A stretch of 64,000 nt of DNA. Origin: Syntrophorhabdaceae bacterium (lineage in GTDB: Bacteria > Desulfobacterota > Syntrophorhabdia > Syntrophorhabdales > Syntrophorhabdaceae). The position numbers and the translations under genes were made by a program. A model generated the notes under the pieces. That model was given only the letters and a program-made list of their open reading frames with translations. It was not told the DNA's origin and did not search any database. The stretch covers positions 4,192,001 through 4,256,000 of the forward strand of contig OY762209.1 of the NCBI GenBank assembly GCA_963665295.1. Reading direction: 5' to 3'. This document shows, piece by piece, positions 48,453 to 57,327 of the stretch. Every line of letters starts with the position of its first letter. The first letter of the stretch is position 1.

Positions 48453-48595
48453 GTAAAATTGTAGGGAACGGAAACCTTTTCAATTTGTATACATGTGGTT
48501 ATGATGACCGACAAGATTAGGTTAGTAGTTTATCGCAGAACTAACGAAAATAAGCAGCCTAAGAGAATGGACAGTTTTACTTCTTGAGGGTCGGT

Positions 48596-48824
48596 TTACG
48601 TCCCATCCAAAACAGCAAAGCCGGGGTCCTCAATGGCCGAGTCGGCTTCGGCCTGCTTCTCTATAATTGCATCGAGCAACAGGTTCTTCCGGATCATGAA
48701 CGAGGTTGTTTTCGTCGAATATTCTCTTATGCTGAATCTACTCAAAGCGATGGACGGGTTGTTCGGCACCTTCACGTATGCATGAAGATCCGGAAGGTTC
48801 ATCAATTCAGAATCAAGAATATGA
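48596..48824 (-). pseudogene. C-terminal remnant of a TraD/TrwB type IV coupling protein
   Basis: ILDSELMNLPDLHAYVKVP resembles the T4CP C-terminal SE.M.LPDL..Y.K.P motif; 5' side cut by the IS3 end. Confidence 0.6.
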
Positions 48825-49541
48825 TGTAAGCTGGATATAGTGGACACCATATGCGGTACAATATTCATTCATAATGGAGGTGTCCGAGTGGCAAAGATTC
48901 CAAGAGGCGTATTTACAAAAGAGTTTAAAGAGGAAGCGGTAAGAATGGTAATAGACGGCGGCTTGAGCATACCCGAGGTAGGCAGAAGAGTATCCCTTCC
49001 TAAGTCAACCTTGGCCCGCTGGGTCACACAGGCAAGAAAGGGCGGCCTTGTGGCGAAACGGAGTCCGGTCACGGAAGGAGACATGGAAGTTGCCCACCTT
49101 AAACGTGAAATAGCCGAGCTGAAAATGGAGCGTGATATACCAAAAAAACGCGACCGCGTACTTTGCCAGGGAGTCGCTGAAAGGTACGCGATCATGAAAA
49201 TCCTGCGACTCAAATATCCCCTGTCCCTTCTTTGCCGTGTGCTTGAGGTATCGCGAAGCGGTTACTACGCATGGCTTACGCGTCCGCCCTCACGACATGC
49301 CCGGGAGGAAGGACGACTGGAGACAGAGATAAAGGCAGCCCATATAAGGACCCGCAAGACCTGCGGCCCGGAAAGACTCCAAGAGGATCTTGCCGTCCAC
49401 GGCGTCAAGATGGGCATATCAAGAATCAGGCGGATCAGGAAGAAACTCGGCATACGATGTAAACAAGCGAAGAAGTTCAAGGCCACCACCGATTCGAATC
49501 ACACATTGCCCGTAGCGGAGAATCTCCTGGGCCGGAAGTTT
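48825..49541 (+). mobile_element. Truncated IS3-family element (left end, orfA, 5' part of orfB)
   Basis: Begins TG...TGGACAC; GGAGG then GTG at 48888; FTKEFKEEAVRMV HTH; LCRVLEVSRSGYYAW; TTDSNHTLPVAENLL; DDE domain missing. Confidence 0.88.
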
Positions 49542-49826
49542 GATGGCTGCGGCCATTAGAGACTGAAGCGCTACCTCTGACGTTCCGTTGACAACTATTT
49601 CCCATAGATCAGGGGCCATTATCTCCAGCCTGTTTCTAATGAGCCTCACCATCCGCCGCGCAGTTGAAGGCACGTTCTTTTGCAGAATGTTGTCGACGTA
49701 TATGGCCTTATGCCACGCCGCCTCATCCGCTCCCGCCAGCAGCAAGACCGCTATCGCCCTGCTCTCCCTGAGCATGAGGGAACCAGCTGATATTTCGGCA
49801 TTGTAGTGGTGCTCGGCGGTCGGCAT
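49539..49826 (-). pseudogene. brxA: 5' half of BREX protein BrxA (DUF1819)
   Basis: YNAEISAGSLMLRESR, NILQK..STARR, IRNRL; homology stops at AAAIK where IS3 sequence begins. Confidence 0.8.
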
Positions 49827-50520
49827 GTTTGTTTATAAATCCCCTACATAGATTGATGGCGAACAATGAGATTTAACCATTCTTTTGTTTATATATCTAT
49901 CGTTTTCGTACCCCGATGCAATCCGGCAACGATCCTATGTGTTGCTCTCCATTCCGATGAAACCCTTCTAAGACTTTAGTTTTACATCAGCGCCCGTTTT
50001 TTCAAAACTATTTCTCGAAAGAAAGGACAAATTTCATCTGTATTGAAGCGACATTTTCGTGTATAGCATGGGCAAAGGGGGCGCAGGTGTCCTTGCCCTA
50101 AATGCCCGCGGGTTTCTGTGGCTTCTGTATCTTGCTCCTTCGCGCTACATGCTTGCTCGACCGAGGTTATATTGACACAGAATTTCTGGTGGGGCCTATC
50201 GACCCTCTGGCGACCCGCGAGCAGAGACTTTCTTGTATGAAAAATTCCAAAATTTTTCAGGGGTCGCCTTTTGTGTGACGGAAGACTTCTACGAGGGTAA
50301 AATTCTCCCAGGAAAAGGATGTTTATGAAAGAGGTTGCAGTAAACCGCGGGAGGGGGAGGCTCAACGGCACTCCGGTCCTATACCCCCCCCTCTCAGAGG
50401 AAGAATGCTTTTCTCGCCGCTTTTGCTCTTTGCAGCCCTCTCCACCATAGAAAGCTCTTTCCCGATTCTGATTCTGTGTAGGTCCTACCAAGCAATCGAA
50501 TATCTCACAGACGGCTATGC

Positions 50521-50878
50521 GTGAAGACTCAGTACGAGTGGATGAACATAAGAGTGGTGAGGGACGAGGCTGGTGAGCCCTGGTTTGTGGCCAAGGACGT
50601 ACGCGAGATTTTGGAATTAGGAAATTATAAACGGGTTACATCACAGCTTCCCGACCACACCAAGGGTACGCACACTATTCGTATCCTTGGTGGACCGCAG
50701 GAAATGCTTACGATTTCTGAGGCGGGCGTCTATAAGCTCGTTTTTGCCAGGAGGAAGTCAAAAAGCGGAGAGGTTCACGGATTGGGTGGCGGCGGAGATT
50801 CTAACCTCTGTTCGCAAGCACGGCGCCTACATGACCCCGGCCGTCCGGGACAGGGCCCTGTATCTCGCTGAGCCTTGA
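50521..50878 (+). pseudogene. Frameshifted Bro-N (phage antirepressor) gene
   Basis: IRVV..GEPWFVAKDV...ISEAGVYKLVF, continuing in another frame as KAERFTDWVAAEILTSVRKHGAY; shift in the A-run 50760-50764. Confidence 0.85.
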
Positions 50879-51646
50879 TTTTCTCCACAAATGGCGAAAG
50901 ACGGTCCTATTCCTGAGAGCCTGTTCTACCGTCTCACTATGAAGGCCAACAACGAGGCTGCTATCGCTTTTCAGGGTAGATCGCTGACGACATTCCCCCT
51001 TGTGTCCGCATGCGTGGCCCCTATGGAAACAATATCGGCCCCGCGGATTTGTGACGAAGTCAGTGACGAAGGTTGTAAAGTGTTCCCTCCATGCTCACAC
51101 TGAGCCACAGACGGTTTTTCCTTATGTCGTTAAGGACAAACTACGGCCATGTTCCCTTCCGTGCATTGTGGGGCCTCTTACTCGTGACGGTATATGACGT
51201 ATGGCTTTGGGCCTTCCGAAGGCAACACTTCAATCGATTTGGATTACCTCATATTGCCATTTCGTCTGCCCGGGTTCCAAGTCCTTCGGGCCGAGGAAAT
51301 ATCTTTATTACCCTCCTTATGTTTTGGTCTGCCTATACAGTCGGACCCAGGTTCATGACTGTCATCCACGCCGTATTCTTGTCTCGGGGGAGCCCTCCTT
51401 CTAAGAGCTTCTCGGCGGAGATATACCGTAGCTGCTGACTTACGAGAACCCGGGGCAACGCCCTCTTTCTATGACCGGTTGCCCGTCCGTGATGACCGGG
51501 CGACGAAATGGACCGCACATTAAAAGCCAACCGAAGTGACTTTTTGACTAAAATTACTGATATCGGGATGAGACCGAAATACGGGTTTTTGTATTATCTT
51601 GGAAATTAAAAGTGGGACAGGAGTGGGACAAAATGACGTGCTAAAG

Positions 51647-51683
51647 AACAAGGGGTTAGGCCTTTCAAGCCTAACCCCTTGTT
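51647..51683 (-). terminator. Hairpin directly downstream of tRNA-Gln
   Basis: AACAAGGGGTTAGGC / GCCTAACCCCTTGTT, perfect 15-bp stem. Confidence 0.75.
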
Positions 51684-51689
51684 ATAATT

Positions 51690-51763
51690 TGGCTGGGGGA
51701 CGGGGATTTGAACCTCGATTCGCGGAGTCAGAGTCCGATGTCCTGCCGTTGAACGATCCCCCA
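51690..51763 (-). tRNA. tRNA-Gln (anticodon CTG)
   Basis: TGGGGGA/TCCCCCA acceptor stem, G73, encoded CCA, anticodon loop CTCTGAC, GGTTCAAATCC T-arm; 74 nt. Confidence 0.95.
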
Positions 51764-51947
51764 ACAACTCATAATCTTTGTCGTCGGTGTTAATCATTTA
51801 TCAGAATATGAATTTCAAGTCAAACATTTTCTCTGTATCAAGGCATAAAATACTGGGAGGGCCCTTTCTGCGCAGGTACCCCACGGTTCCGTGCCCTCAA
51901 TAAACGGCTCGGCGTAATGAGGCTCTCCGGCGACCGGAACGGTTCTT

Positions 51948-52484
51948 CTACTCGATCAGCAGGAATGCGTACCTGTTCATGGTTTCGGTGTAATCCTTCA
52001 GCACGTGAATGGGGTAACCCACGCTGCGCACCGTGGCATACACGTCTATGCCGAGGGCGTCCGCCCCGGGGCGGGCCAATCTCGGGTTTTTGCACTCGGT
52101 GCGGTTTACGGAGCAGGTATCGCAGACTCCGCAACCTTCGAAAGGTATGAGCAGCGCCTTGTAGTACCCCGAAAGGAATACCTCCCTTTCCAGTTCCACC
52201 AGTCTCGGAAGCACGGCTCTGCTCCATGGTTTGCGATCCTCGGGCTTTTCCACGCTCTTTTCGAAATGGAATACGGCAGCCTCGACATATTCGGAAATCA
52301 TCTGCCGGCATTCATCGATAGACGGCACGTTCGGCGGACAGGTTCCGCTCTTACCGTATTGCGGGCATCCGAACATGCAACGGAACCTGACCCATTGGGC
52401 GACCCTGATATGGCGCGCATGAATCCATTTAAAATCGTTAAACCCATGGCTTAAGAATATTTTCTCCAACGTCTCCCTTTCCAC
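51948..52484 (-). CDS. DUF2284 predicted metal-binding protein
   Basis: WVRFRCMFGCPQYG..TCPP, GCGVCDTC, CKNPRLARP, LGIDVYATV. Confidence 0.88.
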   Translation of the reverse strand: MERETLEKIFLSHGFNDFKWIHARHIRVAQWVRFRCMFGCPQYGKSGTCPPNVPSIDECRQMISEYVEAAVFHFEKSVEKPEDRKPWSRAVLPRLVELEREVFLSGYYKALLIPFEGCGVCDTCSVNRTECKNPRLARPGADALGIDVYATVRSVGYPIHVLKDYTETMNRYAFLLIE

Positions 52485-52885
52485 CTTTCAGTCTCCTCTC
52501 ATATGATTTAGTCCCTCCGGCCGGGACCGCCCCCCGCGCTATGATCCATTATTGCACAACCCCTCACGGCATGAAACATGTTTCTGCCACGGTGCCGGCA
52601 CAAGGTCACGTCCGTAGGCGGAGAGGAGATAGATTTGTACACTTAAGTGTTTCACGAGTATACCTGATTGTGGTATATCATCTTTATGTAAGTTCGCCCC
52701 GGTTCAGTATTGCCCGCGGGGGAAAGTCCGGCATGGAGAGTGCCGCGCCCCTCGCCGCATACCGTGCGAATCGACGCGCACAGGATTCATAACGGACTTT
52801 CCTTTTGCATTATCCCCTTGGATCGTTCCGTGAATGCACTGCAGTTGAGAGGCAGGTTTCAATTCTTCGCAATGGGAGATGAACA

Positions 52886-54112
52886 ATGACGAATAGCGTG
52901 AAAAGGCATGGGGACCCGGACCATCGATCTTTCCGGGGATTCTTCCTGATCGCAGTATGTGCCGGCCTGGCAATGTTCGTAGCCATGAGTTGTGGAAAAG
53001 GGACACCCGTGGAACACGAAGTGCCCACGGTGGAGGTGACAAATGTGGTACAGAAGGATGTGCCCGTTTACGTCGAATGGGTAGGCACCTCGGACGGCTT
53101 TATCAACGCGGTGATCCGCGCCCAGGTCCAGGGATACCTTATCAAACAGAGCTATTCGGAAGGGGATTTCGTCAAGAAGGGGCAATTGCTCTTCGAAATA
53201 GACCCACGGCCCTTCCAGGCGGCAGTGGACCAGGCAAAGGGAACCCTGGCGATCTCGGAGGCCCAGTGGGCCAACGCCAAGGCCAATCTCAAAAGGGTCA
53301 AGCCTCTGGCCGCTGAAAACGCGGTGAGCCAGAAAGACCTGGACGATGCCGTCGCCTCGGAACAGTCATTCCGAGCCCAGACCCAGGCGAATCAGGCAGC
53401 CCTGGAAAAAGCCCAGTTGGATCTCAGCTTTACCAAGATCGTCTCCCTTATCGACGGCATAGCGGGCATCGCCAAGACACAGGTAGGGGATCTGGTCGGC
53501 CCGAACCAGGCAGAAGAGTTGACCACCGTTTCCAAGATTGACCCTATCAAAGTATATATCAATGTAAGCGAACAGGAATATCTCAAGGCCTCTCAGATGA
53601 AGCACGCGAACCTCGAAAAGGCCGTCCTCGACCTGATCCTTACCGACGGGAGCACGTATCCGCATAAAGGCAAGTTTTTCATTGCAGACCGGCAGGTCGA
53701 TGTGAAGACGGGAACAATTAAGGTTGCCTGCCTATTCAGAAACCCCGCCCATCTCCTCCGGCCGGGACAGTTCACCAAAGTGAAGGCTCTCCTTGGGACC
53801 AGAAAAAATGCTCTTCTCGTGCCCCAGCGGGCGGTAAGTGAGCTTCAGGGAACCTACCAGGTTGCCGTAGTGGGAGCGGATAACAAGGTCGACATCAGAC
53901 CCGTCAATGTTGCCGAAAAATCAGGCGTTCTCTGGGTGATCGAGAAGGGTCTCAAACCCGGAGAAAGAGTTGTCGCTGAAGGTGTGCAAAAAGTCAGGCA
54001 GGGTATGCCGGTCCACGTCAAACCCTTCCAAACGGACACGCCCATGAGCCCCAAATCCCCGGCCGCTGCCCAAAGCGCGGCAGGAACGGCCTCGGAGACC
54101 GGGAAGAGGTAG
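52886..54112 (+). CDS. RND efflux membrane-fusion (periplasmic adaptor) lipoprotein
   Basis: Lipobox AMSC; IRAQVQG, GQLLFEIDP, TGTI, LRPGQF, VPQRAV, GLKPGERV. Confidence 0.93.
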   Translation: MTNSVKRHGDPDHRSFRGFFLIAVCAGLAMFVAMSCGKGTPVEHEVPTVEVTNVVQKDVPVYVEWVGTSDGFINAVIRAQVQGYLIKQSYSEGDFVKKGQLLFEIDPRPFQAAVDQAKGTLAISEAQWANAKANLKRVKPLAAENAVSQKDLDDAVASEQSFRAQTQANQAALEKAQLDLSFTKIVSLIDGIAGIAKTQVGDLVGPNQAEELTTVSKIDPIKVYINVSEQEYLKASQMKHANLEKAVLDLILTDGSTYPHKGKFFIADRQVDVKTGTIKVACLFRNPAHLLRPGQFTKVKALLGTRKNALLVPQRAVSELQGTYQVAVVGADNKVDIRPVNVAEKSGVLWVIEKGLKPGERVVAEGVQKVRQGMPVHVKPFQTDTPMSPKSPAAAQSAAGTASETGKR

Positions 54113-54118
54113 GCCCCA

Positions 54119-57100
54119 GTGTCGAAATTCTTCATCAACCGCCCCATCGTTGCCATGGTGATCTCCATCCTCATGGTGATTGTAGGTATCGTTGCCATGC
54201 TCGGGCTTCCCATAGCCCAATTTCCGAGCATCGTGCCGCCCGAAATCCAGGTGCAGACAACTTTTCTGGGCGCCGACGCCCTCACCGTCGAACAGTCCGT
54301 GGCGACACCCCTCGAACAGCAGGTCAACGGTGTGGACAACATGCTCTACATGTACTCCATCAACGCCAACAACGGCCAGATGACCCTCCGCGTGGCCTTT
54401 GACGTTGCGACGGACCCCAACATCGATCAGGTTCTGACCCAGATGCGGCAGCAGCAGGCCCAGAGTCAGTTGCCCCAGAGCGTCAGAAACTACGGTATTA
54501 CGAACCCTAAATCCCTGAGCAGCCCCCTAATGCTCATCACCCTTTACTCGCCAAAGGGGACATACGACGCCACGTTCCTTGCAAACTATGCCTACATCAA
54601 CATAAACGATCCTCTGTCCCGGAGCACCGGCGTAGGTCAGGTCCAGATCTTCGGGGCAGGCCAGTATGCGATGAGAATCTGGTTAAAGCCCGATCAACTC
54701 GCAAAACTCGAAATTACCGCACCTGAAATATGGTCCTGCCTGAATTCGCAGAACAAGGTGAATCCGGTGGGGCAAGTGGGTGCGGAACCGTCGCCCAAAG
54801 GGCAGGAATTCACTTACACCCTGAGAACCCAGGGGCGTCTTGTCACTGAGGAGGAATTCGGAGACATCGTGGTCCGCGCCAAACCTGACGGCTCCATCGT
54901 CCGCCTGAAGGACGTAGCCCGCATCGAGTTGGGAGCCCAGATGTACAATATCATCGGCAGGATGAACGGGGCGCCTGCGGCTATCCTTGCCGTGTACCAG
55001 CTCCCGGGGTCCAATGCGATCGACGCCGCGAAAGGCGTCAAGAAGATGATGGAGGAAATGAAACGGCGTTTCCCCCAGGACCTCGACTATCAGGTCTCTC
55101 TCGATACCACCCTTGCGGTAACGGAAGGTATCGATGAAATCGTCACTACCCTCTGGGAAGCGGTCTTGCTCGTTATCTTTGTGGTGTTTATCTTTCTCCA
55201 GGGATGGAGGGCGACCCTGATCCCTCTTGTGGCCGTGCCTGTTTCCCTTATCGGAACTTTTGCGGTCTTCCCACTTTTGGGATTCTCCATCAACACCCTG
55301 TCTCTCTTCGGACTCGTCCTTGCCGTCGGTCTCGTGGTGGACGACGCCATTGTAGTAGTCGAAGCGGTGGAGCACCATATCGAAGAAGGCATGTCGCCCA
55401 AGGATGCAACCCTCAAGGCCATGGAGGAGGTGTCAGGTCCCGTGGTGGCTATTGCCCTTATCCTTGCGGCTGTCTTCGTCCCCACCGCCTTTATTCCCGG
55501 CATTACGGGCAGACTCTACCAGCAGTTCGCAGTCACCATCGCCATATCGATGCTTATCTCCGCCTTTAACGCCCTTACTCTGAGCCCGGCTCTCGCGGCC
55601 CTGCTGCTGAGACCAAAAAAGGAATCGCAAGGGGTGCTGGGTAGGCTCTTCCGGGGGTTCAACACCTGGTTTGCCCGTGCCCTGGACGGCTATGTGGGCA
55701 TATGCGGCATACTTATAAAGAAGTCGGTGCGAAGCCTTCTATTCCTTGGTCTCGTAATAGTGGCCGTCTGCTTTCTGGGCATGAAGCTGCCCAGCGGCTT
55801 CCTCCCGGAAGAAGATCAGGGTTTCTTCTATCTGGACGTCCAGCTCCCGGAAGCATCTTCTCTCCAAAGACTCGATGCAACGTGCAAGAAGATCGAGGAT
55901 ATACTCAAGAAGACCCCCGCCGTGGAGGTGTTTAACACCATTGTCGGGTATAGCATACTCAGTCAGGTAAACACCACCTACAACGCATATTTCTCGGTCA
56001 CCCTGAAGCCATGGCACAAGAGGAACAAAGGGAACGAAAAATACGCCGCCATCATGGCCCACGTGAACCGCGAGCTGAAAAAGTTGCCCTCCACCGAGGC
56101 CTTCGCCTTTTCACCACCGGCGATCCCCGGCATCGGCACATCGGGCGGCATCACCTTCATGCTCGAAGACCGGGCGGGAAGAGGCATCGATTTTCTGGCC
56201 GACAGCACGAAAAAGTTTCTGACCGAAGCCCGGAAGCAGCCTGAATTTGCGTCGGTGAGCACATCATTCTACCCGTCGGTACCGCAGATGTACGCAAGTG
56301 TGGACCGCGACAAGGCCCTCAAGCAGGGCGTTGTCCTCTCCGAGCTATACCAGACGCTTCAGTCCTTCATGGGTGGCCCTTTCGTGAACTATTTCAACCG
56401 ATTCGGCCGTCAATGGCAGGTTTATCTCCTCGCCGACGGCCAGTACCGCACCAAACCTGACGATATCGGCAGGTTTTACGTACGGAACAAGACCGGACAG
56501 ATGGTTCCCCTCTCAAGCCTCGTGGAGATCAAGCAAAGCGCCGGACCGGAGTTTACCCTGCGATACAACGAGTACCGCGCGTCCCAGATCAATGTGATAC
56601 CCGCCCCTGGTCACAGTTCGGGCCAGGCCATGGCAGCCCTCGAAGGCGTGTTCAAACGCACCATGTCCACGGGCATGGGGTTCGACTACATGGGCATGTC
56701 GTATCAGCAGAAGGTGGCGACTGAAGGCGTACCACCTATGGTGATATTCGGTCTGTCTCTCCTGTTTGTGTTCCTGATCCTTGCGGCCCAGTATGAAAGC
56801 TGGTCTCTCCCGTTCAGCGTTCTTCTCGGTACGCCTATCGCGGTTTTCGGCGCCTTCCTGGGTATCTGGCTAAGGTCGATGGAAAATAACGTGTACGCCC
56901 AGATAGGGCTCGTGATGCTTATCGGCATGGCAGCGAAGAACGCCATCCTTATCGTCGAATTCGCGAAGGCAAAATTTGACGCAGGGGAATCCATAACCAA
57001 GGCGGCTCTTGACGGTGCGCGACTCCGTTTCCGTCCGATCCTCATGACCGCCCTCGCCTTTATTCTCGGCACGGTCCCCCTCGCTATGGCGTCCGGTTCG

Positions 57101-57295
57101 GGCGCCCAATCTCGGCGGATACTGGGGACCGTGGTGATCGGGGGGATGCTGGCGGCCACGCTGATAGCCGTCTTTCTTATCCCCGTAACGTTCTACGTGG
57201 TGGAGAAACTGGCACACCGTAAAGGCCCGCAACCCGCCGGTCCTCCCTCCGCGACCCCTCCACCACTGGAAGGAGAACCCCAGACCCATGAATAA
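54119..57295 (+). CDS. HAE1 RND efflux permease (copy 1)
   Basis: FFINRPI, YAMRIWL, VVDDAIVVVE, PEEDQG, AKNAILIVEFA, RFRPILMT. Confidence 0.95.
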   Translation: MSKFFINRPIVAMVISILMVIVGIVAMLGLPIAQFPSIVPPEIQVQTTFLGADALTVEQSVATPLEQQVNGVDNMLYMYSINANNGQMTLRVAFDVATDPNIDQVLTQMRQQQAQSQLPQSVRNYGITNPKSLSSPLMLITLYSPKGTYDATFLANYAYININDPLSRSTGVGQVQIFGAGQYAMRIWLKPDQLAKLEITAPEIWSCLNSQNKVNPVGQVGAEPSPKGQEFTYTLRTQGRLVTEEEFGDIVVRAKPDGSIVRLKDVARIELGAQMYNIIGRMNGAPAAILAVYQLPGSNAIDAAKGVKKMMEEMKRRFPQDLDYQVSLDTTLAVTEGIDEIVTTLWEAVLLVIFVVFIFLQGWRATLIPLVAVPVSLIGTFAVFPLLGFSINTLSLFGLVLAVGLVVDDAIVVVEAVEHHIEEGMSPKDATLKAMEEVSGPVVAIALILAAVFVPTAFIPGITGRLYQQFAVTIAISMLISAFNALTLSPALAALLLRPKKESQGVLGRLFRGFNTWFARALDGYVGICGILIKKSVRSLLFLGLVIVAVCFLGMKLPSGFLPEEDQGFFYLDVQLPEASSLQRLDATCKKIEDILKKTPAVEVFNTIVGYSILSQVNTTYNAYFSVTLKPWHKRNKGNEKYAAIMAHVNRELKKLPSTEAFAFSPPAIPGIGTSGGITFMLEDRAGRGIDFLADSTKKFLTEARKQPEFASVSTSFYPSVPQMYASVDRDKALKQGVVLSELYQTLQSFMGGPFVNYFNRFGRQWQVYLLADGQYRTKPDDIGRFYVRNKTGQMVPLSSLVEIKQSAGPEFTLRYNEYRASQINVIPAPGHSSGQAMAALEGVFKRTMSTGMGFDYMGMSYQQKVATEGVPPMVIFGLSLLFVFLILAAQYESWSLPFSVLLGTPIAVFGAFLGIWLRSMENNVYAQIGLVMLIGMAAKNAILIVEFAKAKFDAGESITKAALDGARLRFRPILMTALAFILGTVPLAMASGSGAQSRRILGTVVIGGMLAATLIAVFLIPVTFYVVEKLAHRKGPQPAGPPSATPPPLEGEPQTHE

Positions 57296-57327
57296 GCCGG
57301 GGATGCCCGCGAGGCCGGAATAGATCG

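Noticed and set aside
49982..50491. 169-aa minus-strand ORF
   Set aside because: TTG start with no RBS and no recognisable domain.
33932..51763. Functional link between glnS and tRNA-Gln
   Set aside because: They are 16 kb apart with unrelated genes between them; probably coincidental.
52715..52750. GGAAAGTCCGG...AGTGCC resembles the start of RNase P RNA (rnpB)
   Set aside because: The rest of the ~350-nt molecule, including the 3' ACAGAA-CCGGCTTA strand, is absent, and a CDS begins within 170 bp.
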